Source: Epithemia pelagica (Eukaryota > Protista > Bacillariophyta). Taken from it: a stretch of DNA of 64,000 nt. How positions within the stretch are numbered: the first letter of the stretch is position 1; every line of letters starts with the position of its first letter. Of the stretch, positions 46,467 through 57,400 are shown in pieces. A program made the translations under genes and the position numbers. The notes beneath the pieces were generated by a model that saw nothing but the letters and a program-made list of their open reading frames with translations, was not told where the DNA came from and ran no database searches. The DNA lies in assembly GCA_946965045.2 (NCBI GenBank), contig OX337241.1:2666001-2730000 (forward strand), read 5' to 3'.

Positions 46467-49400
46467 ATGGAACCAACTACACAGACCACACCAGAGTTCA
46501 ACCCTAATCAAAGTATATCTGATCAAGAAGTCTTTGATCATATTACTCAGGTGTTGTTCAACTTTTCCAAGGAAAGGGTCGATGTACTCGTGAAATGGAT
46601 GCACCATCATGCTTTTGATGATATCCTTAGTATCATTGAACATATGGCAATTGACCCTGAGAAGAACATGGATAGTATGACAAAATACAAGTCAGGAAAA
46701 CAAATGCACGACCTACATGTCAATACAAGCCAGCAGATCAAGTTGCTTGCCCATTGGTTCCGACAAACGAGTATCGACATTCAGGGTATACCTTCCAAGG
46801 CAACCTGGATGAATCTGACCAAGGCAGAATTTGATCTATGGAGGATAAACACTGACTTTCGCTCCGGAAGCCCTATCAATGACCCAGTATCACCTATGAA
46901 ATCTCCATCCCATTCGACGTCACCCAAATCGTTTAGTACTACTTCTGCTGCATCACAGTCCCAACTGGACCTAACCGCATTCAAGAAGGGAACCAAGCGT
47001 GACGCTATGGCATATGAAACATTCAAGGATGAACGATACTACGACACGTTCTGGAGGACTTTCAAGACCACAGCAAAAGCCCAAGGTTTATCTAATGTTC
47101 TTGACTTCCGATACAAGCCACCGACGAATGATACGTATGCAACAGAACTTTTCCAAGAGCAACAAATCTTCCTATACTCCGTCCTTGTGCGCATCATCCA
47201 GACTGATCAAGGAAGAGCTTATGTTCGCGAACATGAACATGATAAAGACGCACGAGCAGTGTTACAGAAGCTTCACACATTGCATACGAAGTCAGACTTA
47301 GCAAAACGAGAGGTCCTACGATTAACCAATTACATCTCCAACCTTCGCCTCGATGATACATGGCGTGGATCATCACGTCAATTCTTGCTTCATTTCCAAG
47401 ACAAACTACGTTTACTCGATAACCTTGTTGATCTCTCTGATCGCATACCTGATCACACCAGGATGACGTTTCTTATGCAAGCTGTCGAGAAGGTACCTGA
47501 CCTTCGCAGAGTTAAAATCTTGGACAACGTCGTCAACACGAAGTCTGGAGCAAAGTCTTTATGTTATCAGTCGTACTTCTCCATTTTGATGGACGCAGCA
47601 TATGACCATGATCAAGTCACGCAATCTTCTGCAACTGGTCGTCGTCGTAGTGTCAAGCAACACGAGCAACACGAAACACAACATGATATTGAGGGATCCC
47701 TTCAGGAAGACAATGCATATAAGATAAACAATACCAACGTCCAAGATGACAACACGGCATCTCCAAAAGCCAGTCTTCCTCGTGACCTATGGTTTAAACT
47801 TCCTGAGGATGCTCACAAGGTGATTGTTGAGTATAACAAGAACGTGCAAGCTCCTACTCCAAGTCCAAGAAACGTACAGCAACACTCCCTTGACATTGAT
47901 CCTGAACCTGATCCTGACCCTGGTCAAGATGTTTTCGACGACCTGGACAACCTCACATATCCGCAGGATGATTCCGATCCAGCCACCCATCTCATCCATC
48001 AAGCAATGACGTCAACCGACCTCAATCATCCAGCTTCTGATTTGTCTAATGTTCTATCCAATGCCGCATCCAAGACGAGTAAGAAAGTTAGTTTCAAACA
48101 GAAAGAGCACAAGCAGAAGATCCACATGGCTCAGTACATGTTCTCTCGAAAGTCAACCTATACTGGGAATCAACTCATCGATCGCAGTGCCAATGGTGGT
48201 TTAGCCGGAGCTGATATGCGTATCCTTTCCAAGACAGGTCGTAACATCACGACTGTGGGAATCGACAACCATGAGCTTACTGGTCTCCCTATTGTCACTT
48301 GTGCTGCCAAATTTGAAACTAATGACGGGCTAATTGTCGGCATCTTCAACGAATATGCATACTATGGAAAAGGACAGTCTATACATGCGCCTTGCCAATT
48401 AGAACATTATGGACTATCTGTGGATGAACGTTCTGTCAAGGTGGATGGGAAGCAACGCATCACTACTCTTGATGGACATGCTTTACCTCTCTGTATCAAG
48501 GATGGTCTTGCCTATATTCAGTATTTGGGTGTTCCTTCTGATGACGACATGGACAGATCTGCTAAAGTTGATGGCAAACAATGCATCACTATACTTGGTG
48601 GACGTGCTATCCCTCTTCACAGCAAAAATGGATTATCATACATCCACTCCCTTGGTATCCCCAGTGATGATGACATGGACACATTACCCCAAATCATCTT
48701 CACGTCACCTGACATCTGGGATCCTGGTGTTTTAGATCATTTGCATCCTGCCTCATCACCTGACAGTGCTTCTAACTGGCAACAAGTCAACACTGATGGT
48801 AGTATGACGCATCACCCATATGACAATGAAAATTATGGGGAGTACACTGATTGTGACGTCTGTAACCTCACTCACCTTTTGGATTTACCTTACGATCATG
48901 GACCTGATACACCTTCCTTCTCCTCACCCCTTATTGGAGACTCTTGTTCCAAACTGTACCATCAAGATCACAACATGAGGACTGAGAAGCGTTATCCTAC
49001 CGTTAAGAAGATGCCTTACGTCATCATAAACGTTTCTGGTCATCTTCCTCTTCAGATCCTCAATGGTCGCCCTCCCGATTTTTCCCAACCCCTTTTCTTC
49101 CTTCTCTGCGACAAGGTCTTCTCCTGTACCGAATCTTATGCACCCTATCTTTGTCCGGATGCCTCTTCAGGAAAGGAGTCACTTCCAAATAAACCCAATG
49201 ACAAGCAAGCTGACACCGTTTTCATTTGTAGCAAAGGTGAAGATCCATCCGCACAAATGCCTACGATCAAGAACTGCGACAAAATTTTTGGACAAGCGTT
49301 TCCTTACAAACCAGCAGAGGGAAATGGGGAGCAACAACAAGCATGTATAATCCAACACGTCAATTTAGAACAAGACGCTTTCAAGCAAGAAGCATGTATC

Positions 49401-50720
49401 AAGAAGTACATTTTCTGCAAACACAATTCCAATATTGACAAGAAGGTGATCTCATGCAGTCAACTTGTGGAATACAATGGACAGGACAACCAGGAACAGG
49501 CAACTGAAGATGTTGTTTTCCAATTCAGAGATGTTGTCATACATCAAGGACCTTCGAGCAGTAACAACAACCCTGACTACAAAGGAAGTCGCTGGAATGA
49601 ACTTGTTAATTGGGAGACTGGGGAGATGATCTTTGAGCCTCCAACACCCACCATAACCATTGTCTATGGCAAGAAACATGACCTACTGAATGAACTTGGA
49701 TGGAAGCATTTCAAGCATTTTGTCAAGATCAGTGAATGCCTCATTCAAGCTGCTAAACAGCAGTCAAGAATCGAGCAACTCAGTCTTTTTGTCAAGTACA
49801 AGTTTGGTTACCCACACGTTCCACAGACACACAAAGAAGCAATTGTTTTAGACAAGCAACATGGCAAAAACAAGTGGCAAGACACTACCGATTTTGGACC
49901 CTCACAGATTCAATCACTCAAGACATTGAAGGATCATGATCAAGTTCAAGTCCATCTTGGGAAAATGTTAGATGCACAAGAAGAGTATCAGAACAAGATT
50001 CAAGTCTATCGTGTGAAACATGATGATAGATGCAAGGCACTTCTCGTCACGTGTGAACATTTTACCAAAGAACCAGTTGAGGCAATCTGTCCATGTGCTA
50101 TTTCCTTTTGCAACTTCCATACTACCATCTACCTTGGGCCTCTCAATGATATGGATATATGGAGAGCATACATTGGAAATGCATGCAACCTGAAAGCTTT
50201 AGCTGGGGAGAAGACCTTGATAGTCGCAAGACAAGAACTCAAGGAATTATGTCACACCTTGGTTACCTACTACAAGACCTCAAATGGATTCGATTCTTCA
50301 GGAGAACGTCAACATGACTGTTTATTTGGTGTCTTTCTTGATATGGATTTGTCACCAAGTAAAGCAATTCCCAATGTTTGGAGGAAGAAAGCACCCGGGG
50401 AGAAGAGCTCTGAAGGTATCTGCAACAACTTTACACTCAAGAATGATGGATTTATTATCAACTGCCTCAGACGTTTTTATACACCAATCCAGAAGATGTT
50501 CTCGGCAAACATTGGAAATTCTCCACATGCTAGACGATGTTCAAGACCTTCTTCTTCTTCTGGAATGGAAACAATCACAAGAATGACAAAGGAAAATAAC
50601 AATCCTCACTCGACGAATTGTGGGGAGTGGCAGAATTCTCACCAACAACTAGGTTGTGGTGGAATCTACAACTCATCGACTGATGCTAGTATTTTATGGC
50701 ATCCGATGACATTTTCGTAA
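46467..50720 (+). CDS. Gag-(defective Pol) ORF of element 1, 1417 aa, reading into the 3' LTR
   Basis: Gag is collinear with element 2 and the protease motif is LIDRSANG. Relative to 54422..60109, the integrase D-D region, RT YVDD and RNase H are missing. Confidence 0.88.
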   Translation: MEPTTQTTPEFNPNQSISDQEVFDHITQVLFNFSKERVDVLVKWMHHHAFDDILSIIEHMAIDPEKNMDSMTKYKSGKQMHDLHVNTSQQIKLLAHWFRQTSIDIQGIPSKATWMNLTKAEFDLWRINTDFRSGSPINDPVSPMKSPSHSTSPKSFSTTSAASQSQLDLTAFKKGTKRDAMAYETFKDERYYDTFWRTFKTTAKAQGLSNVLDFRYKPPTNDTYATELFQEQQIFLYSVLVRIIQTDQGRAYVREHEHDKDARAVLQKLHTLHTKSDLAKREVLRLTNYISNLRLDDTWRGSSRQFLLHFQDKLRLLDNLVDLSDRIPDHTRMTFLMQAVEKVPDLRRVKILDNVVNTKSGAKSLCYQSYFSILMDAAYDHDQVTQSSATGRRRSVKQHEQHETQHDIEGSLQEDNAYKINNTNVQDDNTASPKASLPRDLWFKLPEDAHKVIVEYNKNVQAPTPSPRNVQQHSLDIDPEPDPDPGQDVFDDLDNLTYPQDDSDPATHLIHQAMTSTDLNHPASDLSNVLSNAASKTSKKVSFKQKEHKQKIHMAQYMFSRKSTYTGNQLIDRSANGGLAGADMRILSKTGRNITTVGIDNHELTGLPIVTCAAKFETNDGLIVGIFNEYAYYGKGQSIHAPCQLEHYGLSVDERSVKVDGKQRITTLDGHALPLCIKDGLAYIQYLGVPSDDDMDRSAKVDGKQCITILGGRAIPLHSKNGLSYIHSLGIPSDDDMDTLPQIIFTSPDIWDPGVLDHLHPASSPDSASNWQQVNTDGSMTHHPYDNENYGEYTDCDVCNLTHLLDLPYDHGPDTPSFSSPLIGDSCSKLYHQDHNMRTEKRYPTVKKMPYVIINVSGHLPLQILNGRPPDFSQPLFFLLCDKVFSCTESYAPYLCPDASSGKESLPNKPNDKQADTVFICSKGEDPSAQMPTIKNCDKIFGQAFPYKPAEGNGEQQQACIIQHVNLEQDAFKQEACIKKYIFCKHNSNIDKKVISCSQLVEYNGQDNQEQATEDVVFQFRDVVIHQGPSSSNNNPDYKGSRWNELVNWETGEMIFEPPTPTITIVYGKKHDLLNELGWKHFKHFVKISECLIQAAKQQSRIEQLSLFVKYKFGYPHVPQTHKEAIVLDKQHGKNKWQDTTDFGPSQIQSLKTLKDHDQVQVHLGKMLDAQEEYQNKIQVYRVKHDDRCKALLVTCEHFTKEPVEAICPCAISFCNFHTTIYLGPLNDMDIWRAYIGNACNLKALAGEKTLIVARQELKELCHTLVTYYKTSNGFDSSGERQHDCLFGVFLDMDLSPSKAIPNVWRKKAPGEKSSEGICNNFTLKNDGFIINCLRRFYTPIQKMFSANIGNSPHARRCSRPSSSSGMETITRMTKENNNPHSTNCGEWQNSHQQLGCGGIYNSSTDASILWHPMTFS
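50619..50627 (+). promoter_or_regulatory. Short polypurine tract of element 1
   Basis: tgtggggag immediately before the 3' LTR; the same sequence occurs at 60095-60103. Confidence 0.75.
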
Positions 50721-51336
50721 AAGTGAGAAAAGAATGACGGCATGCTCGCAGACCTTTTAATTTCGGCCAAGGCATGCTCGCAATGCACGCGTTATGAGCG
50801 ACCGATCGGATATTAATTATGGCCCAACACGTGCGCGCCCATTATTCTCAAGCGCGCGCAATCAATATCCGAGTACGCACCTCCACGACTTAGCCCAACG
50901 GCCTAAGTAACCGAAGCACGAATCACGATCACGCGAGACCACATCTCTATTCCCACAAATCAAAGAATGCAAACAGCAACGCGCCAAGGAAACTACCTAT
51001 ATCATGACAAAGCAAGAGCTGTTGGCATTGGTATATGATATACAAGTGCATATACTTCCAATACACAATATCCATGTCTACTCCAACCATACCAGTCCTG
51101 TCAGCGCCATGAATATATCAGTCATGCACCCTGACCAGACCTGCACACCCACACACACACCGTAGTCCTAAAGCTCACAATCATTAACATTACCATATCA
51201 TCACGTCTTCAGTGTCCTGACTATCCCTACGATAGAACCCTTGGGTTTCCTTTGTTCTCTGACCTGTGGAGAACCTTGGTATCAGTTGGTAATCGATTGT
51301 GGCTCTTCTAGAGCGTGTATTGATGAATCTCTACTA
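50628..51336 (+). repeat. 3' LTR of element 1
   Basis: 709 bp, follows the PPT and is followed by the ATGTC TSD. Confidence 0.95.
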
Positions 51337-51980
51337 ATGTCGCGGCGAATAATATCGAGGCGTTCATAAACAAGTTCTAGATCTTGGTCAATAACATCAT
51401 CGAACACAAATTCTAGATCTTGGTCAATAACATCATCGAACGACTCGTGCGCAAGTTCTAGATCTTGGTCAAGAACATCATCGAACGACTCGTGCGCCTT
51501 GGCGCCAATCTCTTCCGAAATTCTCATCAAATCCATTTTCCGGTTTGCTACCCAGTTGCGGTAGGTTTCCTCGATGTCGAAAGAACCGAGGCCACTGATG
51601 AAGAGGTCCCTGCCTCGACTGTATTGCCGCCATTCTTTCAGATGGCGAGAACGGATATTGCTGATTTGCATTTCCAAGCACACCCGAGGAATGCCACATA
51701 TCTTCTCCAACGTACTGAGAACTTGTTGGTCCTCCTTGCCCAACAGATGATGGTCAGGCACGATTGTCTGGTAAAGATCCGGGGAACTCCAAGGTGCTTG
51801 ATCGTTTTCGATGGTATCATCCAGTAGTAAAGTCCGGGGCGACAGTTTGCTCGACGCCGGTGAAGTCTGCGACTGCGACGCAGCTGAGCTACTGGACAGT
51901 TGCCTCAACAATGCGGATACCCTTGTCGCCCGAAAGGAGAGCCCTCCACAGGAAGATCGATGCCAAATAAAGGCAGCCAT
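51337..51980 (-). pseudogene. Family B copy B1, 5' half
   Basis: MAAFIWHRSS...EETYRNWVANRK...LDIIRRD is collinear with 63100..63800. The SAP-like segment is truncated and followed by FDDV(L/I)DQDLE x3. Confidence 0.9.
51371..51490. repeat. Three in-frame tandem copies of ttctagatcttggtcaa(t/g)aacatcatcgaac
   Basis: Seen directly in the sequence; absent from copy B2. Confidence 0.9.
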
Positions 51981-52402
51981 GGCTATCCAAATATCCGGCA
52001 AGATGACTTTGGTTTGCAAGATAACTCGGAAACCTGAAAAAAAGACACGGTTACTTCAAAACCTGAGATGTGTTGCGCTGCATAGAAATTGTGCACGCAG
52101 GCTGGGTACTGAGGCGGCATGGCGTGTAAGCGATACACCCCATCATCCACCTATCGACCGAAATGTACTCGCACTTGTTTTTTGGTTTATTCTAACAACC
52201 CGACATACTTCTCACCGCTCGGGCGTGATCCTTCTCCGTGACAGCGAGAAACACGCCCCAGCGGGGGTGGCTTATTGCTTCACAGAAACTAGTAACTCGA
52301 AACCACCTCCGCTGGGGAGTGAAATGGTTGGGGAAAACAAAACCCGCGCGACCAGCCACAAACCGTGGTACCACACCAAACGAACCTGGCATTTGCAGAT
52401 AC

Positions 52403-52470
52403 AACCAAACAACCAAACAACCAAACAACCAAACAACCAAACAACCAAACAAACAACCAAACAACCAAAC
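52403..52470. repeat. (AACCAAAC)n microsatellite upstream of family A copy A3
   Basis: About 8 tandem units of the 8-mer with one short unit. Confidence 0.9.
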
Positions 52471-52502
52471 ATACAATCGTAACTCGACAAGGCCGGCGGG
52501 AG

Positions 52503-53285
52503 TGTTAGAATTCTCACCGTCTATGGTGGTTAGATTCTACATCTCATCGATTCCCCATGTCACATAGCCTCGTGCTATCGCATCATGCCATCTAGCTTCG
52601 AGCTATGTTCCCTAGCTTCGCGCTATATCGACCTATATTTCTTCGCAAATCATGAAAAGTGAGAATAGATTGACGAACTCACTCTCAAGACTAAACTGGG
52701 TCGTGCGGTATTACAACGGACGTAAATTTGGCCGTTGCTCGGACATTATACTAACGCCCTAAGCGTACGCGCCCGAAATCATCGAGCGCGCCCAAGCGAC
52801 ATCCGAGCGCTGTCAGCATCTATCCGACCCGACGGTCTAAGTATCCCAAGCACGATACACGATCACGCGAGACCATATTTCCATTCCCACAATCTCCAAA
52901 TTGTCAACAAGCTGCGCGCCATGAAAACAACTATGCCAACCCAAAGCAAGAGCTGTTGACCCTGTATATGTTATCCGTCCACATATACATGTCATATACA
53001 TCACATGAATCGACTCCAACTATTCCAAACCTGTTGCCGCCAAGAACCTATGACACATGACCCTTGGCAGGACCGAACATTTCACGTAGACCTATCGTAG
53101 TAATCAACACACAATCTAACAATATCACCATTTATCACATCTTCTTTTGTGTCCCGACTATCCTTCTGATAGACTTCGACTTGCTTGCTTCTCTGACCCT
53201 GAGAAGCTTGTATCGGTTGGTGACCTACCTGATTGTCTGCTCTACCGAGCATCAATGTCCCTACGATTCAGAAAGAATTGTAACA
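52503..53285 (+). repeat. 5' LTR of element 2
   Basis: TG...CA with a 5-bp terminal inverted repeat. Three transitions versus the 3' LTR were noticed by eye. Confidence 0.95.
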
Positions 53286-53299
53286 GATTAACAGTCTCA
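53286..53299 (+). promoter_or_regulatory. Putative primer-binding site GATTAACAGTCTCA
   Basis: Same 14-mer as in element 1, directly after the LTR's CA. Confidence 0.7.
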
Positions 53300-53321
53300 A
53301 AGCTTATTTCCCTGTGGTTTC

Positions 53322-54101
53322 ATGGATACTAACGAGCTTATCACTCCTGTACGACAGATCTATCGAGCCAAACTGCATCCCGGGCAGCCCGATACCCTGG
53401 TGCAGCAGGAACTGGTGCCGACGCCGAAGGCAGCCAACACATCGGTCAACATCTCCGTCGACAGTTCCAACAGCAACCCATTCGAGACTCCAACCCAGCC
53501 TCACGCTCCGATCCCTGCGCCGTTGCTTCGGCCCCCGAGTCCGCCTCGTCGGCTCGTCCCTTCTCGATCCCGTCGTACCACCCGGTTGATTGCTGATCAT
53601 ATCAAGTACTTCCGTCAACCAACTTGTTCGACCTTCGATCCCGAGATCATCCGTGGGGAGACCCAGATCGAACGCCAGTTCCAACCGGTGACCCACATCG
53701 TCGACCAAGAAGACATTGACCGTCTGAACGACCAACTTCATCGTTCTCCGAGGCGTCGCCTCATCTTGACCGCCCTCTCGGGCAACCCCATCCGTACTGT
53801 CCACCTCCGCTTCCTAACCTTCGAGCGCCCAACTGGATACTACAATACCATCCACGTCGTGAACGCGACGACTTGCCCTCTGCCTCCTAACGTTGTACGC
53901 CTAGATAACTACGTTGCCTACATCCACGAGGTCCATACCATCGAGGACCATCGTGCAACTATCTTCCCTTTGCGTACCGAGGTCGAGAATCACCTGGCTG
54001 AAGGTGATACCCCTTCTTCTGTTGCTTGTGCTGCCCCATCTGAGCCTGGAAACGACTCTGATCATTCGGAAGAGAGTGGGGATTCGGAGACCGAAGCTTA
54101 A
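53322..54101 (+). CDS. ORF0: 259-aa protein of unknown function between the PBS and gag
   Basis: ATG lies 36 nt after the LTR end and the frame is uninterrupted. It has a Pro/Arg/Ser-rich segment and an acidic tail; no TM segment. Confidence 0.75.
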   Translation: MDTNELITPVRQIYRAKLHPGQPDTLVQQELVPTPKAANTSVNISVDSSNSNPFETPTQPHAPIPAPLLRPPSPPRRLVPSRSRRTTRLIADHIKYFRQPTCSTFDPEIIRGETQIERQFQPVTHIVDQEDIDRLNDQLHRSPRRRLILTALSGNPIRTVHLRFLTFERPTGYYNTIHVVNATTCPLPPNVVRLDNYVAYIHEVHTIEDHRATIFPLRTEVENHLAEGDTPSSVACAAPSEPGNDSDHSEESGDSETEA

Positions 54102-54129
54102 TTACTCATAGTTAACTCCCGTCCTCTCA

Positions 54130-54420
54130 AAACCTTTCCAAGACTTAAACTCAACGCACATCCGGGTACCCTTGGTCGCACAACACGCCACACATTCCCG
54201 TCAAATCGCGAAAATTCGGCGAAAATTTGTTGAAACTCGGCGAAAATTTGTCGGAATCAACGGAAATTTCCAGGAGTCGCACATCACAACACACATCCGG
54301 GTATCACATACGTGGTACATACGTGGCACACGTGGTACATCCGGGTTCACATCACATCACACATTAAATAAACCACATCACACCGCACATTAAATAAACA
54401 TCGAACCAACCAAATAACAT
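54130..54420 (+). promoter_or_regulatory. Repeat-rich pre-gag spacer (ACATCCGGGT x3, ACGTGG x3, GAAAATT x3)
   Basis: The same motifs occur in element 1 at 46285..46388 (CACATCCGGGT x4, ACGTGG x2). Confidence 0.55.
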
Positions 54421-54421
54421 C

Positions 54422-57400
54422 ATGGATCCTCAATCACCCAAGACACCTACGACTCCTAAGGGAGAAGATAACCAAGACAATGTCTCGGACACAGACCTAT
54501 TCGACCACATCATATTTACTGTCTGCCAATTCTTTACCAAAGAAAGGGCCGACTACTTAATGAAGTGGATGAAATACCATGGTTTTGAGAACATTACCCA
54601 TGTTATCTCGTATATGCAAACTAATACCGAAGAATCCATGAAGGAACTGACACAATACAAGGTCAACAAACAGACACATGATCTACAAGGCCCCACAAGA
54701 CAGCAGATCAAGCTCTTGGCTTATTGGGCCATATACAAGACCAATGAAATTCAAGACGAGCTATCCAATAGCGACTGGATGAACCTAACGAGGAAAGAGT
54801 TCAACACTTGGAGGATCAACACAGATTTCTCTAAGGGACCACCTAGCCAAGTTCCAGTCTCGCCAATGAAGTCACCGTCATCTGTGAAATCTGTCAGCAC
54901 AGTTACTGCCGCATCCCAATCTCAACAAGACCTTACAGCATTCAGAAAGGGAACTAAGCGCGACGCAACTGCATATGAGATATTCAAGGATGAACGATAC
55001 TACGATTCATTCTGGCGTGTATTCAAGACTACAGCTAAGGCTCAAGGCCTATCCAACGTTCTGAATTTCAAATACACACCACCCCATGATGATGAGTATG
55101 CCGAAGAACTTTTTCAAGAGCAACAAGTATTTCTTTACTCCGTTCTTGTCCGTATCATTCAGACTGACCAAGGTCGAGCCTATGTACGTGAAAATGAACA
55201 TGATGAAGATGCGCGTGCCCTATTGCAGAAGTTACACTCTTTGCATACCGAATCCGACCTAGCAAAACGAGAGGTCCTCCGTTTAACCAACTACATTTCC
55301 AATCTACGTCTTGACGACGCATGGCGCGGAACAACACGTCAATTTCTTCTACACTTTCAAGAGCAGCTACGTTTGCTAGACAATCTAGTGACATTGTCTG
55401 ATCGCATCCCTGATCATACCAGGATGACCTTCCTCATGCAAGCTGTAGAAAAGGTACCTGATCTCCGCCGAGTCAAGATCTTGGATAATGTGGTGAACAC
55501 CAAATCCGGTGCAAAATCCCTTTGCTATCAATCATACTTCCGTCTCCTTCTAGACGCAGCTTATGACCATGATCAAGCAACCCAGTCATCTGTTCATAGT
55601 CGCCGTCGACATGTCAAACAACGTGAATCACTATATGGCCAAGATACAGATGCTGACATAACCTCACAAGATGATATGGAGTATCATGTCCACAACACCA
55701 CAGCGACATCTGAATCTCCATCCTCTTCGTCCAAGGTTAGTCTACCGCGTGACCTATGGTTCAAACTTTCTGAAGAAGATCGCAAGTTGATCATTGAGTA
55801 TAACAAGATGATTCAAGCACCTTCATCAACAACACCGAGGAAAGTGCAAACACATGCCCTCGACATTGATCCGGAACCTGATCCTGACCCCAACCAAGTT
55901 GCATCTGATGACGACTCACCTGGCGTAGTCCCTGAGCATCCAGATGATTCAGATCCGGTTACACAATTTATCAACCAAGCCATGACGACTGATATCAATC
56001 ACCCGGCAACTGACCTGACTAGTGTTCTTTCTAACGCCAAGTCCAAGACGAGCAAGAAGGTTACTTTCAAAGCCAACATGCATAAACAAGCAGGACATGT
56101 TCCACGCTATCTGTTTTCCAGGAAATCTACTTTACCAGGAAATCAATTGATTGACCGTGGTGCTAATGGAGAACTTGCTGGTTCTGACATGCGCATCCTT
56201 TCTAAGACTGGCCGCCATATCACTATTGTGGGTATTGATAACCATGAACTTACTGGACTTCCTGTCGTCACATGTGCCGCAAAGTTTGAGACCAATGATG
56301 GACCTATTGTCGGCATCTTCAATGAGTATGCTTATTATGGAAAGGGCTTATCTATCCATGCTCCTGGTCAATTCGAGCATTTCGGACTTGCTGTTGATGA
56401 ACGATCTGTTAAAGTTGATGGTAAACAACGCATCACTACACTTGATGGTCGTGCTATACCCCTTCACATCAAGGATGGGTTAGCCTACATCCACTCCTTG
56501 GGTATCCCCAGCAACGATGACATGGATACCTTACCTCAGATCATCTTCACGTCACCCGACACATGGGATCCTGGTGTTCTGGACCATTCGTATTCTCCCA
56601 CACCCTCTGACAATGATGCTGATTGGAAACACGTAAAGACTGATGGTAGTATGTCGAACCATCCATATGACAACTATGGGGAGTACACTGATCGTGTTGT
56701 TTGTAACCTCAATCTCCTTTTGGATCTCCCATACGATCATGGACCTGACGACGCACCCTTCTTTTCTATCTATGCTGACGCAGAAGGTAATGATCCTACA
56801 CTTCATGCCTCTGTCCACCGTCGTTACCAGGAAGCGTATGACTGGAAGAAGTTCCGTCCATTCTTTGGTTGGCAATCTGAAGATGTTATTGCCGATACAT
56901 TCAAGCACACTACACGTAATGGTAGCATTACTTTTGACCACGACACCCTCAAGAAACATTTCAAGGCTCGCAATCCGGTCCTTAATATACCTCGACGTCA
57001 TGAACCCGTTGCTACGGACTCGGTTTTCTCCGACACCCCTGCTGTTGACCATGGAGGTAAAGTCGCACAAATCTTTGTTGGTCGAGATACTCTGGTTACT
57101 GATATCTATGGGATCAAGTCAACCAAACAGTTTGTCAATACTCTTCAGGACAACATCCGGTTTCGTGGTGCCATGGAGACTCTTATCAGTGATGGTGGTT
57201 CATCTCTCATCTCTCAAAAGGTCAAAGACATTCTTCGCACTTTGCTTATTGGGGAGTATCGATCCGAACCTTATCATCAACACCAGAATAAGGCTGAAAA
57301 CCGTTACCAGACCGTTAAACGTATGACCAACGCTCTCATGAATGCCACTGGTTGCCCTGCCAACACCTGGCTTCTTTGCCTTGAGTATGTCTGTGACTTA

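Larger units (their letters stand above)
45182..51336 (+). mobile_element. Ty1/Copia (diatom CoDi-type) LTR retrotransposon 1, internally deleted and non-autonomous
   Basis: Two 709-bp LTRs. 5-bp TSD ATGTC at 45177-81 and 51337-41. The empty site gattgATGTCgcggcg is present in paralogue B2 at ~63100. PBS follows the 5' LTR and a PPT precedes the 3' LTR. Confidence 0.97.

Noticed and set aside
51361-51500. Three ~31-bp direct repeats resembling a mini CRISPR array
   Set aside because: Spacers are very short and not unique, the repeats are in-frame coding duplications in gene B1, there are no cas genes, and the context is eukaryotic.
52735-53291. Short ORFs inside LTRs (also 60336..60892, 45014..45274, 50628..50720)
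   Set aside because: They recur only because the LTRs are duplicated; no coding signature.
53322-54101. ORF0 as an envelope-like gene
   Set aside because: No signal peptide or TM helix, and it lies 5' of gag rather than 3' of pol.
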